From: an uncultured Oscillospiraceae bacterium | GTDB lineage: Bacteria; Bacillota; Clostridia; Oscillospirales; Oscillospiraceae | DNA length: 64,000 bases | Reading direction: 5' to 3' | Assembly (NCBI GenBank): GCA_964430345.1 | Contig: CAYSFK010000001.1 | Coordinates: 7 to 64,006, forward strand | Part shown: positions 25,774 to 33,714 of the stretch, in pieces | Layout: each line of letters starts with the position of its first letter | Numbering within the stretch: the first letter of the stretch is position 1 | Program-made: the position numbers and the translations under genes | Notes under the pieces: generated by a model | What the model saw: only the letters and a program-made list of their open reading frames with translations | Database searches by the model: none | What the model was told of the DNA's origin: nothing

Positions 25774-28050
25774 ATGAGGAAGCTGGCGACGGCTGCCCTG
25801 TCCTTCGCGGCGGCCATTTTTGCAGCCAACTATATACTGCCTGTGGGGTGGCTCATAGTGCCGGCCGTGCTGACGGCGGTGCTGGGAGCCGCCCTGGCGG
25901 CGTCTCGCCGCAGGTGGCTGCGGGGCGCGGTAATTGCGCTGCTGGCCTTCTCCCTGGGGCTGATGAACTACTATGTTCAGTACTGGTTGACCTACGGCGA
26001 GGCGGAAAAGCTTGCCGGTCAGACAAGGACGGTGGAGCTGAGGCTGCTGAGCTATCCCACGGCCTATGAGGACTACTGCCGGGCGGAGGCGCTGGCGGTG
26101 AGCCCGGATATGCCCAGACTTAAAGCCATAGTCTACGACAGCGAGGCCGTCATAGAGAGTTTGCGGCCGGGCGCCGTGGTTCGGGCAGAGTGTACTGTGA
26201 GAACGGCGGACACGTTGTACGGCGAAAATTACGATAATTATAACGCCAGAGATATCTATCTCAGACTCAGCTTTCAGGGCGAGGCCGAGGTTTTGAAGTC
26301 AGGCTTCGATATCCGCAGTCTGCCTGCCTATATAAGCCGTGGCCTCAGCGAGAGGATAGAGCGGGTATTCCCCGACGACACGGCGGCTTTCATGCGCTCA
26401 CTGATGCTTGGGGACAAGAGCGAGCTGTACGGCGATGAAGCACTGATATGCCATATGAGCGCTGCGGGCTTCATGCACATCGTTGCGGTGTCCGGGATGC
26501 ACGTGGCCTTCCTGGTGGGCTTTCTGCGGCTGCTGTTGGGCGCGTCAAGGCGGAGCTCCATTATATGCATAGCGCTGGTCTGGTGCTTTGCCCTGATAAC
26601 AGGCGCGGGGCCCTCGGCGGTGAGGGCGGCGCTGATGCAGTCCGTACTGCTGCTGGCGCCTATCGTATACAGGGAGAACGACCCGCTTACCTCACTGTCC
26701 GCCGCTTTGGCCCTTATCCTGCTGAAAAACCCCTTCGCCGCTGCCAGTGTCAGCTTGCAGCTCTCCTTTGGAGCTATGGCGGGCATCATACTATTCGCCG
26801 GGCGGATATATGGTTTTCTGAAGGAAAGGGTCTTTGGCGGCAGGGACAGCGGCGCTGTGCGCTATATTCTGTCCTCTGCCGCCAGCTCCCTGGCTGTAAT
26901 GGTGCTGACAGTACCCCTTACGGCGCTGCACTTCGGATATGTACCGCTGCTGTCGGCCATTACCAATCTGGCGGCGCTGTGGTCTGTGTCCCTGTGCTTC
27001 TGCGGCGGCTGGCTGTGCTGTCTGCTGTCGCTGCTGCCCTATGTGGGTGTGGGCGCTGCATGGCTTTGCTCCTGGCTTGCCAGATATGTTTTTCTGGTGT
27101 CGGGCCTGGTGGCGGACATCCCCTTTGCGGTGCTGTATACGCAGACACCCGGCGCCTGGCTATGGATAGTGCTGACCTATGCCGCTTTCGCAGCGGCAGT
27201 ATACCTGAAGTCACTCAAGCCGGTCCTGCGCTGCCTGCTGCCTGCGCTGCTGTCTGTATCTGTGCTGGCAGGTGTGTTCATCAGCGCGCACTATAGATAC
27301 CGCCGGGGCGAGGGCTGTGTCAGCGTTATAGATGTGGGTCAGGGACAGAGCGTGGCCGCAATGCTGGGGGACAGTACCGTGCTCATTGACTGCGGCAACA
27401 TCTTCAGCACGGATAACGCCGGGAAACTGGCCGGGGCTTATCTGAAAAGCTGCGGCAGGGACAGGCTTGACCTGTTGGTGCTCAGCCATCTCCATTCCGA
27501 CCACGCAAACGGCGTCACAACGCTGATGGAGCTGCTGTCGGTGGAGACGCTGCTTTTACCCGAGGATGCCGACGACCCGGAGGGACTGTTGGAGGGTATA
27601 CTCAGAACTGCCCAAAAGCAGGGGACAGAGATACATTATGTAAACTCAGACTGCAATGTGAGCACAGGTGATATAAGGCTGGAGGTCTACGTCCCCGATA
27701 TCGACGGGGATGCAAACGAGAGCTGTATGCCGGTGAAGCTGGACCTGGGGGAGCTGGACGCGCTCATAAGCTCCGACAGCTACGCCAGGCAGGAGCGGGA
27801 ACTTATATGCCGAACAGACCCGGAAAGCATCGAGCTGCTGGTGGTGGGGCATCACGGCTCAAAATACTCCAGCGACGAGGATTTCCTTCGGGCGCTGGGG
27901 GCAAGGTACGCGGTGATAAGTACCGGCTACAATACGTACGGGCATCCCACCCAGGAAGTGCTTGAACGGCTGGCAAACTGCGGCTATAATATATACAGGA
28001 CGGATATGGACGGCACTGTGGAGATACGGATGGGTAGAGACGATGGCTAA
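25774..28050 (+). CDS. comEC: DNA internalization competence protein ComEC/Rec2
   Basis: 758 aa. Polytopic competence domain (MHIVAVSGMHVAFLVG) plus a C-terminal metallo-beta-lactamase domain (LSHLHSDHANG). Confidence 0.85.
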   Translation: MRKLATAALSFAAAIFAANYILPVGWLIVPAVLTAVLGAALAASRRRWLRGAVIALLAFSLGLMNYYVQYWLTYGEAEKLAGQTRTVELRLLSYPTAYEDYCRAEALAVSPDMPRLKAIVYDSEAVIESLRPGAVVRAECTVRTADTLYGENYDNYNARDIYLRLSFQGEAEVLKSGFDIRSLPAYISRGLSERIERVFPDDTAAFMRSLMLGDKSELYGDEALICHMSAAGFMHIVAVSGMHVAFLVGFLRLLLGASRRSSIICIALVWCFALITGAGPSAVRAALMQSVLLLAPIVYRENDPLTSLSAALALILLKNPFAAASVSLQLSFGAMAGIILFAGRIYGFLKERVFGGRDSGAVRYILSSAASSLAVMVLTVPLTALHFGYVPLLSAITNLAALWSVSLCFCGGWLCCLLSLLPYVGVGAAWLCSWLARYVFLVSGLVADIPFAVLYTQTPGAWLWIVLTYAAFAAAVYLKSLKPVLRCLLPALLSVSVLAGVFISAHYRYRRGEGCVSVIDVGQGQSVAAMLGDSTVLIDCGNIFSTDNAGKLAGAYLKSCGRDRLDLLVLSHLHSDHANGVTTLMELLSVETLLLPEDADDPEGLLEGILRTAQKQGTEIHYVNSDCNVSTGDIRLEVYVPDIDGDANESCMPVKLDLGELDALISSDSYARQERELICRTDPESIELLVVGHHGSKYSSDEDFLRALGARYAVISTGYNTYGHPTQEVLERLANCGYNIYRTDMDGTVEIRMGRDDG

Positions 28051-29089
28051 GAAATACGGCAAGGAAGTACAGTTTAATTATAAGGCCGCTGTAGGCGAGC
28101 TTAAGCGGGAGGGCCCCGGCCGTCTGTATCTGCTGTGGGGACAGGAGGACTATCTGCGGGAGCAATACCTTTCGGAGCTTAAGCGCCTATGTCTGCCGGA
28201 GGGGGAGGACAGCTTCAGCTTCCGGCGTCTGGACGGCCCGGAGCTCAGCGCGGACGCCCTGCGGGAGGCGCTGGACGCTCCGCCCTTTATGACGGAGCGC
28301 AGCTTCGTGGAGCTGAGGGACGTGGATATCAACCGGTTCAAGGAGGCGGAGGCCTGCGTGAAGCTGCTGGCGGACATCCCGGAGTACTGCACGGCGGTCT
28401 TTGTACAGAGCGCTCAATTTGAGCCCGACGGCAGACTCAAGACCGTGAAGGCTTTGCGAGGTCTGGCCTGTGAGCTCAACTTTACCCGTCAGTCCCAGGG
28501 GCTGCTGACGGACTGGATAGTCAAGCGTTTTTCCGCCGCCGGGAAGAGCGTGGAGCTGGAGGCCGTGCAGCGGCTGCTGTTTATCAGCGGAAACCTTATG
28601 AACCGACTCATACCGGAGATCGAGAAGATCGCCGCCTACGCGAAAGGGGAGAGGGTCACCGCGGCGGACGTGGAAGCGGTAGCCAGCCATATCCCTGAGG
28701 CAGATATCTTCGAGATGACAGAATTCATAGCCCAGAAAAAAAACAACTCCGCTGTGTCTGTACTGGCGGAGCTGCTGTCGGATAAAAATAACGAGCCGGT
28801 ATATATCCTGGCCGCGCTGGGCAGTCAGATGCGCAAGCTCTACGCGGCGCGGCTGGCTCTGGATAGGGAGCTGGGGGCAAAGTATGTGATGGAGAGCTGT
28901 GATATTAAGTATGATTTCATAGCCACAAAGCTTCTCAACGCTGCCCGAGGCTATTCCCTGCCTCAGCTGAAAAGGGCTGTGGAGCTCTGCTGCGAGGCGG
29001 ACTACAGGATAAAAAGCAGCGGCCAGGACGACCGGGAGCTGCTGAAGGAGACAGTCATGCGCATTGCGGCGGGTGAGAGCTGTGCATAG
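28043..29089 (+). CDS. holA: DNA polymerase III delta subunit
   Basis: About 348 aa from the ATG at 28043 (overlaps the comEC stop). It is in the conserved position after comEC and reads LYLLWGQEDYL. Confidence 0.7.
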   Translation: MAKKYGKEVQFNYKAAVGELKREGPGRLYLLWGQEDYLREQYLSELKRLCLPEGEDSFSFRRLDGPELSADALREALDAPPFMTERSFVELRDVDINRFKEAEACVKLLADIPEYCTAVFVQSAQFEPDGRLKTVKALRGLACELNFTRQSQGLLTDWIVKRFSAAGKSVELEAVQRLLFISGNLMNRLIPEIEKIAAYAKGERVTAADVEAVASHIPEADIFEMTEFIAQKKNNSAVSVLAELLSDKNNEPVYILAALGSQMRKLYAARLALDRELGAKYVMESCDIKYDFIATKLLNAARGYSLPQLKRAVELCCEADYRIKSSGQDDRELLKETVMRIAAGESCA

Positions 29090-29663
29090 CGTCAGGGAGG
29101 TCATCGTTGTAGAGGGGCGCTATGATAAAAACGCCCTGAGCCAAGTGGTGGACGCGGTGATAATAGAGACCTCCGGCTTCGGAATCTTCAACGACGGACA
29201 GAAGCAGGCCCTGTTGCGAAAAATGGCGGAAGCACGGGGACTTATAGTGATGACGGACTCAGACGGCGCGGGCTTTATGATACGTAATTTTATAAAAGGC
29301 TGCGTTGACCCGGCGCTGGTGAAGCACGCCTATATCCCGGACGTCTGCGGCAAGGAGAAAAGAAAGCAGAGGCCCTCCGCCGAGGGGAAGCTGGGCGTGG
29401 AGGGCATGAGGCCCCAGGTGCTGCTGGAGTCACTTATACGTGCCGGAGCCCATATAGATGGGGACGCGGGAGAGCGGCGGGGCAGCTGCATAAGCAAGGC
29501 CGATATGTACAAAGTCGGGCTGTCCGGCAGACCGGACAGCGCCCAAAAGCGGGCCGCGCTTCTGAAAATGCTCGAGCTGCCGGAGCGGCTGACGGCGGAG
29601 GGGCTGCGGGATGTGCTGAACGCCACCATGACCAGGGAGGAATTCTTTGCCCTTCAGCCCTGA
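29064..29663 (+). CDS. rnmV: Ribonuclease M5-like Toprim protein
   Basis: EVIVVEGRYDKNAL...MTDSDGAGFMIR. The true start is probably the GTG at 29082. Confidence 0.7.
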   Translation: MRRVRAVHSVREVIVVEGRYDKNALSQVVDAVIIETSGFGIFNDGQKQALLRKMAEARGLIVMTDSDGAGFMIRNFIKGCVDPALVKHAYIPDVCGKEKRKQRPSAEGKLGVEGMRPQVLLESLIRAGAHIDGDAGERRGSCISKADMYKVGLSGRPDSAQKRAALLKMLELPERLTAEGLRDVLNATMTREEFFALQP

Positions 29664-29899
29664 GCGTCCTCTATGCACACAGAGGCCAGCACGGCGATCA
29701 GCAGCAGGGCCTGGCATATCTCGTTGAGGGATACCGCGGTCTTATACAGGGTATAATCCCCCGTAAGGCTGCCGCACTCCAGCAGCAGCACGAAGGAACA
29801 CAGCAGCAGTACACACACCAGCTGTATGCTGCGGATAAATATGTACCAGGCCTCCTCGGACATGGAGAGCATCCTGCGCAGTATGTTTTTGATAAGCAT
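29654..29899 (-). CDS. Small hypothetical membrane protein (81 aa)
   Basis: ATG at 29899 with GGAGG 8 nt upstream; two hydrophobic segments. No family recognised. Confidence 0.35.
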   Translation of the reverse strand: MLIKNILRRMLSMSEEAWYIFIRSIQLVCVLLLCSFVLLLECGSLTGDYTLYKTAVSLNEICQALLLIAVLASVCIEDAQG

Positions 29900-30138
29900 A
29901 ATAAACACCTCCGGTCAATTCTACAACCGGAGGCGTTCTTATTCAACGAGTAATTATTGCCATATGCGCACACCGGAAAATCATCCGACGAGGGAAAACT
30001 GTTAACGGCTTTGTTACAAAACCTCGGCCGATCTGTGGTATAATTCCTCATTGCTTTGATGGCTGATATCCGTTCTCGCAGCTATTCTCCCGCATCCTCA
30101 AGGCAGAGCCCAGCGAAGCGGGTCTGTCACGAAAAGGA

Positions 30139-30201
30139 GAAATGCCATTGAATCTTCGAGCGTTGCCGCTGGCGGCAATGTGAGCGATTCAATAGCATTT
30201 C
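30139..30201 (-). terminator. Compound hairpin immediately downstream of the tRNA (terminator/processing element candidate)
   Basis: 16-nt arms GAAATGCCATTGAATC / GATTCAATAGCATTTC (15 of 16 complementary) enclose an inner hairpin TTGCCG-CTGG-CGGCAA. On the minus strand it is followed by TCCTTTTCG. Confidence 0.45.
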
Positions 30202-30206
30202 GACGC

Positions 30207-30283
30207 TGGCACGCCTGAGGGGATTCGAACCTCCGACCTACCGCTTAGGAGGCGGTCGCTCTATCCTGCTGAGCTACAGGCGC
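30207..30283 (-). tRNA. tRNA-Arg (anticodon CCT)
   Basis: 77-nt cloverleaf GCGCCTGTAGCTCAGCAGGATAGAGCGACCGCCTCCTAAGCGGTAGGTCGGAGGTTCGAATCCCCTCAGGCGTGCCA. Anticodon loop is CTCCTAA, the T-loop is GGTTCGAATCC, and the CCA is encoded. Confidence 0.9.
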
Positions 30284-30302
30284 GTATCTTGACAGCTTTG
30301 CT

Positions 30303-30331
30303 ATTTTATCTCAAATTGACCGGCCTGTCAA
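30303..30331 (-). promoter_or_regulatory. Sigma-A promoter for the tRNA
   Basis: On the minus strand: TTGACA, 17 nt, TAAAAT, ending about 20 nt before the tRNA 5' end. Confidence 0.6.
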
Positions 30332-30377
30332 TAAATACTTGAGCCCCGGCTAAAATCTTGGTATAGAAGGTAATACG

Positions 30378-33296
30378 ATGTTAAAACTCAAGGGTATCAA
30401 AAAAGACTATATCGTAGGCGAATCCGCGGTACACGCCCTCAAGGGGATAGACGTGGAGTTCCGGGAGCACGAGTTTGTGGCAGTACTGGGTCATTCCGGC
30501 TGCGGCAAGACCACGCTGCTGAACATCATAGGCGGCCTTGACCAGTATTCCACCGGCGACCTTATCATCAACGGCAAGTCCACCAAGAACTTCACAGACG
30601 GCGACTGGGACTCCTATCGAAACCACTCCATCGGCTTCGTATTCCAGTCCTATAACCTTATACCTCACCAGAACACCCTTTCAAACGTTGAGCTGGCGCT
30701 GACCATATCCGGCGTAGGCGCAGCGGAGCGCAAGGCGCGCGCCACAGAAGCGCTGGAGAAGGTGGGCCTGGGCGACCAGCTCTATAAGAAGCCCAACCAG
30801 ATGTCAGGCGGCCAGATGCAGCGCGTGGCTATTGCCAGAGCGCTGGTCAACAACCCTGACATACTGCTGGCAGACGAACCAACCGGCGCGCTGGACTCCG
30901 ATACCTCCGTGCAGATAATGGAGATACTCAAGGAGATATCCAAGGAAAAGCTGGTGGTCATGGTCACGCATAACCCGGACCTGGCAGACGAATACGCCAG
31001 CAGGGTGATACGGCTTAAGGACGGGCTTATAATTGACGACAGCGACCCTTACAGCTCCGAGGGTCAGGACGCGGTGATACCGACAGGCCACCAGAAAACG
31101 TCCATGGGCTTCTTTACGGCGCTGTCGCTGTCCACCAACAACCTGATGACTAAAAAGGCCAGAACCGTGCTGACGGCCTTTGCCGGGAGCATCGGCATAA
31201 TCGGCATTGCCCTTATAATGTCTCTCTCCAACGGCATACAGAACTATATCGACAAGGTGCAGGAGGACACCCTCTCCAGCTACCCCATAACCATACAGGC
31301 GGAGACTGTGGACATGACCAGCCTTATGACCTCACTCATGGGCGCTCAGGCCGAGACTGAGGAAAAGAAGCACGATAAGGACGCAGTATATTCCAGCACC
31401 GTGCTCTACGAAATGATGAACACCATGATCTCCGCCGACAAGCAGACCAATAACCTCAAGCCGTTTAAGGAGTATCTGGAGGACGACAACAGCGAGATAG
31501 CGCCCCATGTCAGTTCTATTCAGTACTCCTACGACCTGGACATGAACATTTACTCCAGAGACATTGACGACAATCTGGTGAAAACAGACGTAACTGAGCT
31601 GATGCAGAACGCGATGAGCTCCACCTTCGGCGGCGACTACAGCTCATATTTCTCAAATTTCGGCCAGTATTACTCCATGATGGACGCCTGGCAGGAGATG
31701 CTGCCCGGTGAGGACGGAGAAATAGTCAACCCACTGCTGAAAAAGCAGTATAACCTGCTGTACGGCAAGTGGCCGGAGAAGTACGACGAGGTCGTGCTGG
31801 TGGTGGATACCAACAACGAGGTCTCGGACCTGGTGCTATACGCTCTGGGCCTCAAGTCCAACAGCACTCTATCCGAGGATATGGAGGCCTTCATGGCTCA
31901 GGAGGACCTGCGCACAGAGCTGGAAAGCTGGAGCTACGAGGATATCTGCGACATGAGCTTCCGCTTTATTTACCCCGCCGACGAGTACAAGTACGATGAA
32001 GAAGCGGAGGAGTACGTGAATATGTCGGAGGAGGAGCTGGGGCTTCGCACTCTGTACAACAACGGTCTCAATATCAAAATAGTGGGCATAATCCGGCAGG
32101 ACGACGAGGCCCTGTCCGGCATGATGACCGGCGCCATCGGCTATACCCACGACCTGGTCGTCCATGTTATCCAGGAGGCTGCCACCAAGGAGCTGGTATT
32201 AAAGCAGCTGGCCGATACGGAGCATGACGTGTTCAACGGCCTGCCCTTCCTGGACGAGGAGGACGAGGCCATGACCACCGAACGCAAGACCCAGGCCGCC
32301 AAGGATTATATTGCCGCCGCTGACAACGAGCAGCTGGCCGAGGTATACGTCAAGTATATGAGCGTTCCGGAGGATGACTACGTGCAGGAGCTCATAGACG
32401 AGCAGATGGAGGGCACCACCAGAGCCGACATTGAGGAGATGGTGCTGGACTACTATCCGGGCTACGCCTCCATGCTGGAGCAGATGGACGACGATATGCT
32501 CTTTGACTATGTAGGGCAGATGATAGGTGAGCAGGTGAAGGAGCAGTACGGGCTTCAGATGAAGAATATGTACAGCTATCTCTCCGACGCAACTTTGGCC
32601 CACGACTTCAATATGCTGTCTCTGGAGGACGACGATTACCTCTGGATATACGAAAACGCCATGCCTCCGGTATACTCAGAAAGCAACCTGAAAGACTGCC
32701 TGAAAAAGCTGGGCTACGTTGAGTTGGACAATCCCAGCACCATTAATATCTACGCCTCCACCTTCGAGGACAAGGACGCCATAGCCGACGCTATCGTCCA
32801 TTACAACGAGGCGGTCAGCTCCGATGACCAGATAGAGTATACTGACCTGGTGGCCATACTGATGACCTCCATAACCTCCATCATTAACGTCATAAGCTAC
32901 GTGCTTATAGCCTTCGTGGCCATATCTCTGGTGGTTTCCTCCATTATGATAGGTATTATAACCTATATAAGCGTATTGGAGCGCACCAAGGAGATAGGCA
33001 TTCTCCGCGCCATCGGCGCATCAAAGAGGGACGTGTCCCGAGTCTTTAACGCCGAGACCTTTATCATAGGCCTTGCCGCCGGGCTCATAGGCATAGGCAT
33101 GACAATGCTGCTGAATATTCCCATTAATATCATCGTACACGACCTGACGGATATCTACGCCCTGAACTCGGAGCTGCCCGCAGTGGGCGGCGCGGGGCTG
33201 GTGGTCATAAGCGTGGTGCTGACCTATATCGCCGGACTCATACCCTCCGGCCTTGCCGCCAAGAAGGACCCGGTGGAGGCCCTTAGAACAGAATAA
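30378..33296 (+). CDS. Fused ABC transporter: ATPase plus MacB/FtsX-type permease with a very large extracytoplasmic domain
   Basis: 972 aa with Walker A GHSGCGKTT, signature MSGGQMQRVAIARAL and Walker B ILLADEPTGALD. One TM segment follows, then a ~560-aa acidic loop, then the C-terminal FtsX TM bundle. Confidence 0.85.
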   Translation: MLKLKGIKKDYIVGESAVHALKGIDVEFREHEFVAVLGHSGCGKTTLLNIIGGLDQYSTGDLIINGKSTKNFTDGDWDSYRNHSIGFVFQSYNLIPHQNTLSNVELALTISGVGAAERKARATEALEKVGLGDQLYKKPNQMSGGQMQRVAIARALVNNPDILLADEPTGALDSDTSVQIMEILKEISKEKLVVMVTHNPDLADEYASRVIRLKDGLIIDDSDPYSSEGQDAVIPTGHQKTSMGFFTALSLSTNNLMTKKARTVLTAFAGSIGIIGIALIMSLSNGIQNYIDKVQEDTLSSYPITIQAETVDMTSLMTSLMGAQAETEEKKHDKDAVYSSTVLYEMMNTMISADKQTNNLKPFKEYLEDDNSEIAPHVSSIQYSYDLDMNIYSRDIDDNLVKTDVTELMQNAMSSTFGGDYSSYFSNFGQYYSMMDAWQEMLPGEDGEIVNPLLKKQYNLLYGKWPEKYDEVVLVVDTNNEVSDLVLYALGLKSNSTLSEDMEAFMAQEDLRTELESWSYEDICDMSFRFIYPADEYKYDEEAEEYVNMSEEELGLRTLYNNGLNIKIVGIIRQDDEALSGMMTGAIGYTHDLVVHVIQEAATKELVLKQLADTEHDVFNGLPFLDEEDEAMTTERKTQAAKDYIAAADNEQLAEVYVKYMSVPEDDYVQELIDEQMEGTTRADIEEMVLDYYPGYASMLEQMDDDMLFDYVGQMIGEQVKEQYGLQMKNMYSYLSDATLAHDFNMLSLEDDDYLWIYENAMPPVYSESNLKDCLKKLGYVELDNPSTINIYASTFEDKDAIADAIVHYNEAVSSDDQIEYTDLVAILMTSITSIINVISYVLIAFVAISLVVSSIMIGIITYISVLERTKEIGILRAIGASKRDVSRVFNAETFIIGLAAGLIGIGMTMLLNIPINIIVHDLTDIYALNSELPAVGGAGLVVISVVLTYIAGLIPSGLAAKKDPVEALRTE

Positions 33297-33319
33297 GCCA
33301 AGATTTCCGCCCAGAGTAA

Positions 33320-33362
33320 AATCCGGCCCATCCGCTCCGAATAGGAGGGGATGGGCCGGATT
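33320..33362. terminator. Bidirectional rho-independent terminator between convergent genes
   Basis: AATCCGGCCCATCC, 15-nt loop, GGATGGGCCGGATT (14-bp stem). Confidence 0.65.
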
Positions 33363-33369
33363 GTTTATG

Positions 33370-33714
33370 CTACATTGCTTCTATCTCTTTGATGTTGAAC
33401 TCATTTCCTGTGACAAGGAAGGTGTTGACACTGTGGCATTTGGGGCATTCCTTGGCGAACTCCACCGTGGGGTAGGTGTTCCGGCAGTCCTGACAGAAGG
33501 TGACGGCTTTCAGCTCCTCTATCTTCAGCTCCGTATCCTTCAAAAGCGCTGAGTCCTTGCGGGCGTAAAGCCAGAAATCCGTCAGGTAGTCCGGCACAAT
33601 GCCGCTGACCTCGCCTACCTCAAGGGTGATGGAGCCCACCGCCGTAAGCTCCTGCTCCTTTGCCAGCTTCTCTATAGTGTCAATAACGTATACTATCGTT
33701 CCCAGCTCGTGCAT
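33370..33714 (-). CDS. HypA/HybF-like metallochaperone-fold protein (copy 1)
   Basis: 114 aa with N-terminal MHELG, Zn-ribbon CQDC-x13-CPKC and C-terminal NEFNIKEIE. The start overlaps the upstream stop (TAATG). Confidence 0.75.
   Translation of the reverse strand: MHELGTIVYVIDTIEKLAKEQELTAVGSITLEVGEVSGIVPDYLTDFWLYARKDSALLKDTELKIEELKAVTFCQDCRNTYPTVEFAKECPKCHSVNTFLVTGNEFNIKEIEAM

Noticed and set aside
29698-30051. 117-aa minus-strand ORF in the tRNA-proximal spacer.
   Set aside because: It overlaps the better-supported 81-aa ORF in another frame and has no RBS. Its Cys/Arg-rich, low-complexity translation shows no recognisable features.
30207-30283. tRNA-Arg as the boundary of an integrated element or genomic island.
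   Set aside because: There is no integrase, excisionase, direct repeat of the tRNA 3' end, or phage/plasmid gene on either side. The flanking genes are ordinary (rnmV, an ABC transporter).
33370-33714. Reading the HypA-like genes as evidence for a hydrogenase maturation locus.
   Set aside because: No hydrogenase structural genes and none of hypB, hypC, hypD, hypE or hypF occur within the 64 kb. The gene context is flavoprotein-linked instead, and it is reported as a finding rather than annotated as hydrogenase maturation.
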